This document shows, in pieces, positions 8,823 to 17,997 of a DNA stretch of 41,747 bases (position 1 is its first letter; each line of letters begins with the position of its first letter). This DNA comes from a virus (lineage: Duplodnaviria; Caudoviricetes): IMG/VR virus record IMGVR_UViG_3300001866_000188, positions 1 to 41,747 of that record; one strand, written 5' to 3'. The position numbers and the translations under genes were made by a program. The notes beneath the pieces were generated by a model. The model ran no database searches. It saw only the letters and a list, made by a program, of their open reading frames with translations, and was not told where the DNA came from.

Positions 8823-10001
8823 TTAAACCAGTGTTGTTATTGGAACTTTGCCGAATTTATAAATAGTTACGTATAAACTACCGTCATGAGCAACTGCTAA
8901 ATAATTCCCATCAGGACTAAATGTTACTCCAAAGCCCGCGTTAGTAGGCGAAGTTGCTGGATTTAATAATTTCGTAAATACATTCCCGCTTCTAGAATAA
9001 ATGGCTATATAAGGGAAAGAAATATGAGCAACTGCTAAATAATTCCCATCAGGACTAAATGCTGCTCCGTAACCTGTTCCAGTAGGCAAAGTTGCTGGAT
9101 TTGAGAGTTTCGTAAATACATTCCCGCTTCTAGAATAAATGGCTATATAAGGGGAAGAAGTATGAGCAACTGCTAAATAATCCCCATCAGGACTAAATGT
9201 TACTCCATAGCCCGTGTTAGTAGGCAAAGTTGCTGGATTAGAGAGTTTCGTAAATACATTCCCGCTTCTAGAATAAATGGTTATATAAGGGGAAGAAACA
9301 TGAGCAATTGCTAAATAATTCCCATCAGGACTAAATGCTGCTCCGAAACCTGTTCCAGTAGGCAAAGTTGCTGGATTTGATAATTTTGTAAAAACATCTC
9401 CACTACGAGAATAAATAGTTACATATGGACTTGTATCATGAACAACTGCCAAATAATTCCCATCAGGACTAAATGCTGTTCCAAAGCCTATTCCAGTAGG
9501 CAAAGTTGCTGGATTTGATAATTTTGTAAAAACATCTCCACTACGAGAATAAATAGTTACATATGGACTTGTATTATGAGCAACTGCTAAATAATCCCCA
9601 TCAGGACTAAATGCTGCTCCGTAACCTGTTCCAGTAGGCAAAGTTGCTGGATTTGAGAGTTTCGTAAATACATTCCCGCTTCTAGAATAAATGGCTATAT
9701 AAGGGGAAGAAGTATGAGCAACTGCTAAATAATCCCCATCAGGACTAAATGTTACTCCATAGCCCGTGTTAGTAGGCAAAGTTGCTGGATTAGAGAGTTT
9801 CGTAAATACATTCCCGCTTCTAGAATAAATGGTTATATAAGGGGAAGAAACATGAGCAATTGCTAAATAATTCCCATCAGGACTAAATGCTGCTCCACGC
9901 CCCGTGTTAGTAGGCAAAGTTGCTGGATTTGATAATTTCGTAAATGCTTTTACTAACATTCCCCTTAATCCATTTGAAAGCGTTCTTTTTCCTAACTGCA
10001 T
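8823..10001 (-). CDS. 8-bladed WD40-like beta-propeller tail protein (candidate receptor-binding protein)
   Basis: Eight 46-aa repeats containing FSPDG(N/D)YLA; TAATG-coupled start; tail module. Confidence 0.85.
   Translation of the reverse strand: MQLGKRTLSNGLRGMLVKAFTKLSNPATLPTNTGRGAAFSPDGNYLAIAHVSSPYITIYSRSGNVFTKLSNPATLPTNTGYGVTFSPDGDYLAVAHTSSPYIAIYSRSGNVFTKLSNPATLPTGTGYGAAFSPDGDYLAVAHNTSPYVTIYSRSGDVFTKLSNPATLPTGIGFGTAFSPDGNYLAVVHDTSPYVTIYSRSGDVFTKLSNPATLPTGTGFGAAFSPDGNYLAIAHVSSPYITIYSRSGNVFTKLSNPATLPTNTGYGVTFSPDGDYLAVAHTSSPYIAIYSRSGNVFTKLSNPATLPTGTGYGAAFSPDGNYLAVAHISFPYIAIYSRSGNVFTKLLNPATSPTNAGFGVTFSPDGNYLAVAHDGSLYVTIYKFGKVPITTLV
8859..9944 (-). repeat. Eight tandem 138-bp coding repeats, including a 300-bp exact duplication (9045-9344 = 9597-9896)
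   Basis: Direct comparison of the repeat units. Confidence 0.92.
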
Positions 10002-10309
10002 TAGGCATCCACCTCAATTCCCCAAATGGAATAATCCATATCGTCAGTAACTTCTCCAAGTATTTTTATTGTTTGGGTAGCAGACACAGGTATTTCCAAA
10101 CCAGAATTAATTATTGCGTCATGTGTTGGTACAGTTGTTTGATATGCTAACCGTTTGTCATTTAGTTTTAGCGTGAAGTATTTGTCTACGCTATTGGCAT
10201 TGCTTGCCCAAAACCCTTGCAGGATCAAGCATTTGCTAGAAGGCACCGTATAAACTGTAGTCTCGCTCGTTGTAAGTGTCCCGTCCCATTGTTTAAGAGT
10301 ATCAGCCAC
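10001..10309 (-). CDS. Small tail/baseplate protein
   Basis: LTTSETTVYTVP..SIWGIE jelly-roll-like pattern common in phage tail regions. Confidence 0.65.
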   Translation of the reverse strand: MADTLKQWDGTLTTSETTVYTVPSSKCLILQGFWASNANSVDKYFTLKLNDKRLAYQTTVPTHDAIINSGLEIPVSATQTIKILGEVTDDMDYSIWGIEVDA

Positions 10310-10709
10310 TATATCTCACCCCCATTAAGTTGCGTAGATTGATTTTTCCAATGGTTCCTGACTGCCCTTTCACATAGGTAAAGCTTGCCGTGACCGCATC
10401 CGTGGAGGTAAGCCGGGGACTGAAAACTACAGCGCCGCCGCCATAGTCGATTGTAAACCCACTTGATATTACCGAGCCGTTTTTCTTGATCACGGGGGCC
10501 GGGTCAGCTACCCAGTTCCGTTTCCCAGCTATTTGATATATTCGGTATCGGTCTGAGTCGGATATATTGACCTCGGTCAAGGCCTGGTCGGTAACGGCAA
10601 CCACTTGCATGTCCAGGACGGTTTCCATTTTTCCTACCGCTTCCTGGAGGCCGCTGATCAAATATGAATCTATATCACCGGATACAGGGTCTTGCCAGTT
10701 TGTTTTCAT
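10302..10709 (-). CDS. Minor tail protein
   Basis: KTNWQDP N-terminus; IDYGGGAVVF..VTASFTY; AGGAGG SD. Confidence 0.65.
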   Translation of the reverse strand: MKTNWQDPVSGDIDSYLISGLQEAVGKMETVLDMQVVAVTDQALTEVNISDSDRYRIYQIAGKRNWVADPAPVIKKNGSVISSGFTIDYGGGAVVFSPRLTSTDAVTASFTYVKGQSGTIGKINLRNLMGVRYSG

Positions 10710-10721
10710 GGCTCATACCTC

Positions 10722-11144
10722 CTACGCCAGCGTCACGGTCAGTTGCGCCGCCTTGAAAATCAGCTGCGTTCCGGCATCAACTGCCCGCGCCGTGGTGAGC
10801 TCCCCATGGAAGAGCATATTCCCCGAGCCCTCAACGTCGCTGTCCATGATCCCGATGTGGGTCACAGTCCCCCATGCTGCCCCGGCCTCTGGGAATTCGA
10901 TCTGGGCTGAGTTTGATGCTTGCCCGGTGGTCTCTGTGGTCAGGGCGGTGAACGCCACTGCCTGCCGGGCATAGAGGGTGCCGCCTGCGGTAGCCACCTC
11001 GTTGGTAAGGTCGCCCGTGTCCGTGGGGTCCGCTGTGAAAAGGGCCACATGCACCGTTTCCGGTGGAGTGTAAGGAGTATTCTTTAATACGTGGTTCGCT
11101 ATTTTTCTCTCAAGATAATCCGTCATCCCCATGGTTATAACCAC
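10722..11144 (-). CDS. Conserved tail protein (annotated family 'phage tail fiber protein')
   Basis: MTDYLE..YTPP..VALFTADPTD..YARQAV..FP.A...WGTVTH.GI.D motif. Confidence 0.8.
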   Translation of the reverse strand: MVITMGMTDYLERKIANHVLKNTPYTPPETVHVALFTADPTDTGDLTNEVATAGGTLYARQAVAFTALTTETTGQASNSAQIEFPEAGAAWGTVTHIGIMDSDVEGSGNMLFHGELTTARAVDAGTQLIFKAAQLTVTLA

Positions 11145-11860
11145 CTCTCCCTATATTTGATTTGCAGGCTGCAGCCCGTGCTCATTGTCACTTCGTTTTC
11201 ACCCGGGTATAGCACCGGCCAGTCACCGGACACACTCCCCAGGGCGTTTACTCCCGTGATCGTGGCCTGGTAGGTTTCGCAATTGATCACCAGGCTCTGA
11301 CCGGCTGCCAGGGTGCCCGTGTAGATCAGGGTCTTGTCCTCGACCGTGATAGATGGATTTGTCATGTCGCTGGTCGCCGTGATCGTTATGACCGGCAGCG
11401 CCTTGTACGTTCCGGCGTAGGTGATCGTCTCGGGAGCCGTGGTCACCGTCTTGCTGAAGGTGCTTTCCGCGACTGAGTAGGCCAACGGTTCACACCGGAA
11501 GTCGACGGTGAATTTCCCCAGAGCCGCCGTCTGCTCCAGGTCCAGCTGGTTGGACACCCTTGCCATATAGTACAGGCCGGGCTCATCGTCGAACACCAGA
11601 GCCTGCCGGGTGGCCGAATAGAGCCAGGCCGCTATCCTCCGCGCCAGTATTCGCAGCTCTGGAAGTGTATTTGCTAGCGCTGAAAACTCCACCTCTATGG
11701 TTCGATCTTTCATAGCACCCGCAAAAAGAATGCTGCCGTCCCGGCCGGGAATATCTACATATTCGTCGGCGGTTTCCGGCAGCAGGACCCGGTTTTTCGA
11801 GAGCATGACCAGGCCAATATCGTTATAGGAGTGGATATTCTTGTATTTGAGCCCGTACAC
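11135..11860 (-). CDS. Distal tail protein (Dit)
   Basis: IPGRDG, IAAWL, LVFDDEP..YY.A, F.CEP.AY, L.PGENE motifs; follows the tape measure gene. Confidence 0.88.
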   Translation of the reverse strand: MYGLKYKNIHSYNDIGLVMLSKNRVLLPETADEYVDIPGRDGSILFAGAMKDRTIEVEFSALANTLPELRILARRIAAWLYSATRQALVFDDEPGLYYMARVSNQLDLEQTAALGKFTVDFRCEPLAYSVAESTFSKTVTTAPETITYAGTYKALPVITITATSDMTNPSITVEDKTLIYTGTLAAGQSLVINCETYQATITGVNALGSVSGDWPVLYPGENEVTMSTGCSLQIKYRERWL

Positions 11861-14800
11861 TACTTTTTCACCCCCTTCGACCGCCAGGCGTTCTGGGCCA
11901 GGCTGTATATCTCGCGGCTGATGCTCTTTATGTCGGTATCATCCCTGACGCTGATCGGCCCGGAGAAGGTGAAACTGAAATTTACTTCCTGATTCCCTAC
12001 TCCTGCCGAGGCTCCCGCCAGGGTAGCCTGAGGTATGACCGGAATTTGGATCGCGGGAAGCTTGTTCAGGCTCTCCAGCAAAACATTCGGCAACACTTGT
12101 AATGCGGGAAGCCGGTTGAAAGTTTCCATAATGATGTCTGGCAGTTTCGTCAGCGGGATCAAGGCCTCGGGCTCTTCTTCTGCGAAAATTCCCAAGGTAG
12201 GTTCGACAGCGACTCCGCCTTTCGCAGCCATGGTCACGCTCGGCAGCGAACTCCAGGCAGTGGTGACATCCGCCTGGGCTTCCTTCACGGCCTTCTGTTT
12301 GTCGGCATCAGTTGCATAGGTTTTGGCCAGCACTTCTCCGTAGCTGGTCAGGGTGTCCGTGACATCTTGTAGTCCTTCCATGTAGGCCTGTGCAGTTTCT
12401 AGGGTCGCATTGGCCGTCGCCAGTTGGGTAGTGAGACTGTCCACCTCCCCCTTCGTGGATATATAGCCCGCTATTATGGCAGCCGCCGACATCTCATTTG
12501 TCTCGCTGCGAGCTGTATCAACCGTGTGCTGCTGGGCGCCTATAGTGGTGCTGTATTCCAGTGCGGCTATATTGGACTCTTCCTCCAGGGCCTCTTTTTG
12601 TTTCTCCAGCTTGCGGATGCGGCTCTTATAGCCGGTCGTTTTATTTTGCTCCTCCAGCGCTATTTGCAGGTCGATCTGGTCAGATTGGAGGCTATATTGG
12701 TACTGGGCCTCCGTGTAGGCCGCCGTCCCAGTGACGTTTGCATCTGCATATTTTTGATGGGCCTCTGTGGCCTTTTCCAGTTCCGTCGTGAGCGATGCCA
12801 CTTTTGCCTTTGCCTCTGTGTATGCCGCGGTGGCAGCAGTCAGCCTTGTCTCGGCATCGGATAGAGCCGTGTTATTTTCGGTTATGGAGGCGGTATAGTT
12901 CTTCGTTTGCGTGTTGAGGTCTGCCACCTTGGCGGTCTGTACAGTGATCTTGTTGTTCACAGCCGCCAGGTCATTCTCGGATATTTTGAGCTGGTTTTCG
13001 ATGCCCTTGGCAATATCTGAGTTTTCTCCGTAGGTGTACCTGGCCTTTTCCAGCGCATCCTTGTACGCGTCCACTACGGCACTCTTTTGGGTACGTTCGA
13101 CGTTGAGGCGGTCCAGTTCCCCCTGCTCCTTCGTCAGGTCGGAGGTAGTATCGTCCCACTTCGCTTCTGCCACGTCCAGCACGGAATTAGCTATGTCCGC
13201 AGCAGTATCCGCCTTTTCTTTAGCATCGCTCAGCTGGGTGTTTATGTCGCCAATCAGGGTGCCGCCCGAATTGATCGGGAGCTCAGTGCCGTCGGTGGTT
13301 GTGTTTGTCGTATCTGTTGTGGTAGTACCGGTGCCCGAGGTTGTGGTTGTGGTACCGGTATCGGTGGTAGTGTCGGTATCGTCAGTTGTGGCCGTGGTTG
13401 CCGCTGTCGTAGTGGCATAGTGAGCATCTATTTCTTCTTGTGAGGGTGCAGACCCTACCGCTATTAGTCCTTTGGTATCGGCCCAGTAAAATTCATAGTA
13501 TTTGGCCCTAGAAGCAATATCAGAAAGATGACTGCCCGCTACTAAGCTTCCACTAGAATTAGCACTCCATGCCATACCGTCAGATTTTATATACACGGCG
13601 TATCTGTATTCTCCGGCCCGCTTAGTTTCACCATACTGAGAATACCCCGTTCCTTCAGCATAGCTGCGATGTGCAAGGAGCTCCTCGGTTTCTTTATGAG
13701 GAATAACAGTATCTCCTTTTTTCAACTTGACCATCTTAGCCCCAGTATTATCGCCAACGGTTATTTTTCCGTCAGACGATTTGATTATTTCCCGGCCCTC
13801 CTCGTCGACAATAGCATCCATGTCGTCAGGGACGTAGTTGGTACCTTTTGCATAGACATATACCTTGTTGTTTGCGGCATCCCATTCCACGTCCTTTTTC
13901 AAAGCCGTTTCATATAACCCCCGAATAGACCCCCAGCCCTTGCCGTCCGATATAATAGTAGCCACGGAGTGTCCATCGATCTTCATCTGCTGGGCGTCTG
14001 CGTTCCATCCCACTGTATGGCTGAGCGCTTCCCAAAAGGCGCGGCTTCCGTAATAAGTGCCGTTGCTTAGGGTTACGTCGCTGGTGGCCAGATCAATTAT
14101 GACCGAGGGTGTTTTGATACTAGTCCCGCCAGTCACAGCCGTGCCTGTACCCGAAGAAGAAGAGCCAGTATTTGCATCGGTATTCGCTCTTCCCGTTGTC
14201 CCGGTGCTGACCCCGGCAACCATGTCCGTGGCACTCTTCGCAGCCTTCTCCATTTTCGCCAGCTTCCCGGTCACGGTGTCGATGGCCAGGCCCAGGCTGG
14301 CATAGTAGGTGTCCGCAGCGGTCTTGGCACTTGCGTAGTGCTCCTTGGCAGCAGCCAGGCCCAGGTCGTAGCGCCTCTTCTCTGCTGCCAGTTCATCGTC
14401 AGCCGCATCTATGACCGTGTCCCGCTGATCAGCGGCCAGCTTTTCGGCATCATCATAGGAATCCTTGGCCGCCTGGATCTTCGCGTTCAACTTTTCTTTT
14501 TGGATCCGGATCTCTTCGTCGTGCTCCCATTCGGCCAGGTCTTTTTGGGCCTCAGCCTTTTCTTTCGCGGTAGTAGCGCTCTTGATTTTATCCAGGATGG
14601 TTTGTCTGGACTCTTCTCTATCCCGCTCGCTTTCGGCTTCATCGATGGCATCCAGTTGGTCCTGATATATGGCTACTTCTTCATCGCGGGCTTCTGCTGC
14701 TGCGGAGACCGTTTCCTCATAGGCGTCTTTGGCAGCGGAGACTATGCCGTCGTACTTTTCCTTTGCAGCATCGTAGGCATCCTGGTAGGTTTCTTCCTCT

Positions 14801-17352
14801 TCTTCTTGGGCCCCCTTGGCTGCGGACAGGCGCTCGTCGTAGCCAGACTGGGATATTTCCAGCATCTTGGCATTTGCCTCTGCCGTGGCCTCCTCTAAGG
14901 CTGCCCCTATGGCCCTGGCCGTCATTTGCGCGTCTTGCCCGGCCATTGTGTTCACCGTCGAAAGCGCCGTCCCTAAAATAGCGATCATGTCCTCCCATGC
15001 AGCTTGGGAGCCGTCCATGACCACTCCGTTGACCTGAGTCAGTGCCGCCTGCAACTGCTGTGGGATAACCCAAAATCCCGGCACGGCCCCTGCCGTCTTG
15101 GTTGTCGATTCTATCAGGGCCTCAATGCTGTGCTGGAGTTCCAAGAGCTTGGTCTCGGTCCCCTCGCCGATATATCCGGGAATGGCTTTCAGGACCTGTT
15201 CTATGGAAGAACCGGCCTCCTGGTATGCTTGAGCCAGTTCTTTGGCCTCTTTGGACGCTTTACCAGTTGCGGTAGCAACATTATTCATGCCATCAGCAGT
15301 GCCGCTAGCCATGGATTCCAGGCTGCTCTGTTTCAGGAGAAGATCAGTGACCTGGCTCGTGAGCTCTTTTATCGCTTCTTGTGTGGATACATTTTTAACT
15401 TTATCTATTGCTTGTTGGGCTCTTTCGTTTGATTTTTCTAAATCATCAAGCATAGCCCTATTATTGCCAAATAGCTTCCCCCATGGGGTGTTCAATGAAT
15501 CCTTGATAGATTCTATCATCTTGTTGTTGGAATTTATGCTCGCTTGGTATACTGAGACTTGCGCTTGGCTCCATAAGCCAATGGCCTCAGACTCTTTTTC
15601 CAAAGCTTTTATTCTATTGGCGGCTTGTATTATCATTTCGTTTGTGCTTTTTAAGCCAACTTCAGCCGCATTTTTAAGACTTGCCTCTAATTGCGTTGCA
15701 GTAGCTCTGCGTGCTTCTAATGCGACCTGGTACGCTTGCGACACATCCTGTGAATTCCGGATATGGGCCTCCGCTTCCACTCCTATTGTATCGGCCAGTT
15801 TGCCGCTGACAACGATCATTTCCCCTTTAGTCTTGGTAGCATCTCCGCTATTTTGGGATTCATCGGCCTGAGCTTTCATGGTCGCGCGAATACTTTGTTC
15901 TACCATGCCGCCAATTGCCACTGCTTCTTCCTGAGCTTGGTTAAGCTCCTTACTGCGCGCCTCATGACCCTTTATTGCCAAGGAAGCCTCTAGGTATTCC
16001 TTTTGTAGAGACTGCATTGTTTCAATCTCTGACTCATTGGATGCTATTTTAGCCTCTATTACTTTGATGTTCGCATCAGTCTGGGTGGTTGATTTTTTCT
16101 GGGCATCTATTAGTTTTTCGGTTTCCGATTTGGCCGTAACTAAATAAGCCGCAAGAGCACCCAACAACACTATTGCGGCACCTATCCCAGTTTTTACTAA
16201 CGCTATTTTAAATTCTGTGGCAGCAACGGCAGCGGCTCTTGAAGTTTCTGCAAAAGCGATGTTAGCGGTTTTTGCGGCAGCCATCAAGGACGTGTAAGAT
16301 TCAACGGCTCTCCCGGCCGTGATAGCCTCATATACTCCCTTTTGTCCCGTTGCTACCGTTTGGAGTGTCAGCGCAACTGCGGATCCAGCACTCCGCAAAC
16401 TTTCATAAGCTTTTACTGCTGTATTTATCGCTTGAGGAGCGGCCCCTATAACTCTAAGCGTATTTTCTAATGCTCCTGCAAGACTTCCGGTAACCAATAT
16501 GGCCGGACCAATTGCCGCAGTAATGGCTGCAATTGTTAATATGTTTTTCTGTGTGCCGGCATCTAACTTTGAAAGTTGTTGTACCCATTCGTTTAACTCA
16601 GTTATCATGGGAGTAATTATAGGTAATATGTTTTGTCCGACAGTTGAGCCTAGTTCTTTTAAGCTTTCATTGAAGACCCTCATCTGATTGGCAGCTCCAG
16701 CACCTGTTCTAACAAAATCCCCCTGGGCATTCGTCGTTTTCGCCAGTACATAGTTGTAGCGTAGTTGAACCTGCTCGGCCTGAGACATGTCCTCTATCTT
16801 CGTCTTGATGCCCTGCGAATAAGCATACTCCTGCAGGTTGGCCTGGGTCATAACGATACCAAGCTGTTTTAAAGATTCAGTTTCGCCGGTGAACACTCCG
16901 TTTAAGGCCGTATTAGCGATATCAATACTGATGTTTTTAAATGACGCGAGGTCGCCGGCAAGGCCAACCAATTTGGTGCTCATTTCCGCTGCAAGCGCAG
17001 TGTTCAAGTCCATGCTGGTAGCCATATCCCCAAAGGTGGACGCCATATCAAGAGCCGTCCCTTTAGCTATTCCAAAGCTCTTGAGGGTTGTGCCGCTCCA
17101 TGTCTCAACTTGTTTGGCGTTATTTTTAAAAGCAACTTCAACCTTGTTAATGCTTTCATTCATATCCGAGGCAAATTTTGCGGATGCAGTCCCAGCAGCC
17201 ACAATAGGAGTAGTCAAAGACAGACTCAGACTTTTCCCTATATTTTTCATCTTATCGCCAGCCGCATTTAACTGGCTTTGGGCATCATTCAGGCCTTTAA
17301 GGAAATCCTTCATATCAAGGCCAAGTTTGGCCCACAGTTCTCCGACTTGCAT
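11860..17352 (-). CDS. Tail tape measure protein
   Basis: 1830 aa; VGELWAKLGLD start; LAGDLASF.N and GETESLKQLG motifs; long Ala-rich coiled coils. Confidence 0.93.
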   Translation of the reverse strand: MQVGELWAKLGLDMKDFLKGLNDAQSQLNAAGDKMKNIGKSLSLSLTTPIVAAGTASAKFASDMNESINKVEVAFKNNAKQVETWSGTTLKSFGIAKGTALDMASTFGDMATSMDLNTALAAEMSTKLVGLAGDLASFKNISIDIANTALNGVFTGETESLKQLGIVMTQANLQEYAYSQGIKTKIEDMSQAEQVQLRYNYVLAKTTNAQGDFVRTGAGAANQMRVFNESLKELGSTVGQNILPIITPMITELNEWVQQLSKLDAGTQKNILTIAAITAAIGPAILVTGSLAGALENTLRVIGAAPQAINTAVKAYESLRSAGSAVALTLQTVATGQKGVYEAITAGRAVESYTSLMAAAKTANIAFAETSRAAAVAATEFKIALVKTGIGAAIVLLGALAAYLVTAKSETEKLIDAQKKSTTQTDANIKVIEAKIASNESEIETMQSLQKEYLEASLAIKGHEARSKELNQAQEEAVAIGGMVEQSIRATMKAQADESQNSGDATKTKGEMIVVSGKLADTIGVEAEAHIRNSQDVSQAYQVALEARRATATQLEASLKNAAEVGLKSTNEMIIQAANRIKALEKESEAIGLWSQAQVSVYQASINSNNKMIESIKDSLNTPWGKLFGNNRAMLDDLEKSNERAQQAIDKVKNVSTQEAIKELTSQVTDLLLKQSSLESMASGTADGMNNVATATGKASKEAKELAQAYQEAGSSIEQVLKAIPGYIGEGTETKLLELQHSIEALIESTTKTAGAVPGFWVIPQQLQAALTQVNGVVMDGSQAAWEDMIAILGTALSTVNTMAGQDAQMTARAIGAALEEATAEANAKMLEISQSGYDERLSAAKGAQEEEEETYQDAYDAAKEKYDGIVSAAKDAYEETVSAAAEARDEEVAIYQDQLDAIDEAESERDREESRQTILDKIKSATTAKEKAEAQKDLAEWEHDEEIRIQKEKLNAKIQAAKDSYDDAEKLAADQRDTVIDAADDELAAEKRRYDLGLAAAKEHYASAKTAADTYYASLGLAIDTVTGKLAKMEKAAKSATDMVAGVSTGTTGRANTDANTGSSSSGTGTAVTGGTSIKTPSVIIDLATSDVTLSNGTYYGSRAFWEALSHTVGWNADAQQMKIDGHSVATIISDGKGWGSIRGLYETALKKDVEWDAANNKVYVYAKGTNYVPDDMDAIVDEEGREIIKSSDGKITVGDNTGAKMVKLKKGDTVIPHKETEELLAHRSYAEGTGYSQYGETKRAGEYRYAVYIKSDGMAWSANSSGSLVAGSHLSDIASRAKYYEFYWADTKGLIAVGSAPSQEEIDAHYATTTAATTATTDDTDTTTDTGTTTTTSGTGTTTTDTTNTTTDGTELPINSGGTLIGDINTQLSDAKEKADTAADIANSVLDVAEAKWDDTTSDLTKEQGELDRLNVERTQKSAVVDAYKDALEKARYTYGENSDIAKGIENQLKISENDLAAVNNKITVQTAKVADLNTQTKNYTASITENNTALSDAETRLTAATAAYTEAKAKVASLTTELEKATEAHQKYADANVTGTAAYTEAQYQYSLQSDQIDLQIALEEQNKTTGYKSRIRKLEKQKEALEEESNIAALEYSTTIGAQQHTVDTARSETNEMSAAAIIAGYISTKGEVDSLTTQLATANATLETAQAYMEGLQDVTDTLTSYGEVLAKTYATDADKQKAVKEAQADVTTAWSSLPSVTMAAKGGVAVEPTLGIFAEEEPEALIPLTKLPDIIMETFNRLPALQVLPNVLLESLNKLPAIQIPVIPQATLAGASAGVGNQEVNFSFTFSGPISVRDDTDIKSISREIYSLAQNAWRSKGVKK

Positions 17353-17354
17353 TT

Positions 17355-17594
17355 CTAATTCACCACCTTAAACCCAAATTGCATCATATCGGACCGCGTG
17401 AAGGTCTTAAACTTGCCTAGCGGACCGCCATCGTCAGTCCATTCATGCTTAGCGCGTTGTTCTCCCGTTTCCTCATCATCTGTCAGACTTGCAACTATCA
17501 GCAAATCGAAGAAGTCCTCAAGGTCTTCCCGGTCGATTTCACTCGGGAGCTTTTGAAACGTCCTGCCAAATTGCAGATACTGGTACATTACCAA
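17355..17594 (-). CDS. Tail assembly chaperone, -1 frameshift extension (gpT-like)
   Basis: KLPSEID..D...FFDLL motif; the frame is open back to the slippery site. Confidence 0.78.
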   Translation of the reverse strand: MVMYQYLQFGRTFQKLPSEIDREDLEDFFDLLIVASLTDDEETGEQRAKHEWTDDGGPLGKFKTFTRSDMMQFGFKVVN

Positions 17595-17611
17595 TTGATA
17601 ACCCGACAGGT

Positions 17612-17944
17612 TTATTTCCCTGCCGGCCGTAGCACGTTTGGGAATTGCATCATTTTCCCATTAACCATATTGGTAACCTCTTGGCTAATGAAGCTAAAGA
17701 CGTTGCCCAATTCCTCAAAGTCAATATTCTCCTCAATAACTTCCTTGGTAATTTCAGCATTGTTGAAAGCGATTGCCACTATATCGATAATTTCATCCAG
17801 TACTTTTTCTCCGTCCAGTTCGCCACTTGCCTGTGATTCGCTGAATTTTATGAGATGTCTCCACAGTTTTATCTTAGGTTTGGGCATCGTGTATTTCTTA
17901 TTTTTAATGGTGATGGACGGTGCCGGTGTGGTTGTTGTTCCCAT
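17612..17944 (-). CDS. Tail assembly chaperone (gpG-like)
   Basis: AAGGAGG SD before ATG 17944; between the major tail and tape measure genes. Confidence 0.82.
   Translation of the reverse strand: MGTTTTPAPSITIKNKKYTMPKPKIKLWRHLIKFSESQASGELDGEKVLDEIIDIVAIAFNNAEITKEVIEENIDFEELGNVFSFISQEVTNMVNGKMMQFPNVLRPAGK
17636..17642 (-). promoter_or_regulatory. Programmed -1 frameshift slippery site C CCA AAC
   Basis: X XXY YYZ in the correct register; the -1 frame reads PKRATAGREINLSGYQLVMYQ into 17355-17594. Confidence 0.8.
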
Positions 17945-17997
17945 GTTAATACCTCCTTTTTTAATAGGTATGGGCGGCACTAAGGCCGCCCGCTAAA

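Noticed and set aside
8859-9944. CRISPR array or DGR template/variable repeat
   Set aside because: The units are contiguous in-frame coding repeats with no unique spacers. No cas or reverse transcriptase gene is in the window, and the differences are not evidently adenine-specific.
12035-17371. Many plus-strand ORFs antisense to the tape measure gene (similar ones in Tal, portal and primase genes)
   Set aside because: They are shadow ORFs with no recognisable motifs, unlike 25209-26108, which has domain motifs and an SD.
17612-17660. GGGAAAA / GGGAAAT as the frameshift site
   Set aside because: Both are in the GGG AAA register, not X XXY YYZ; CCCAAAC fits the register.
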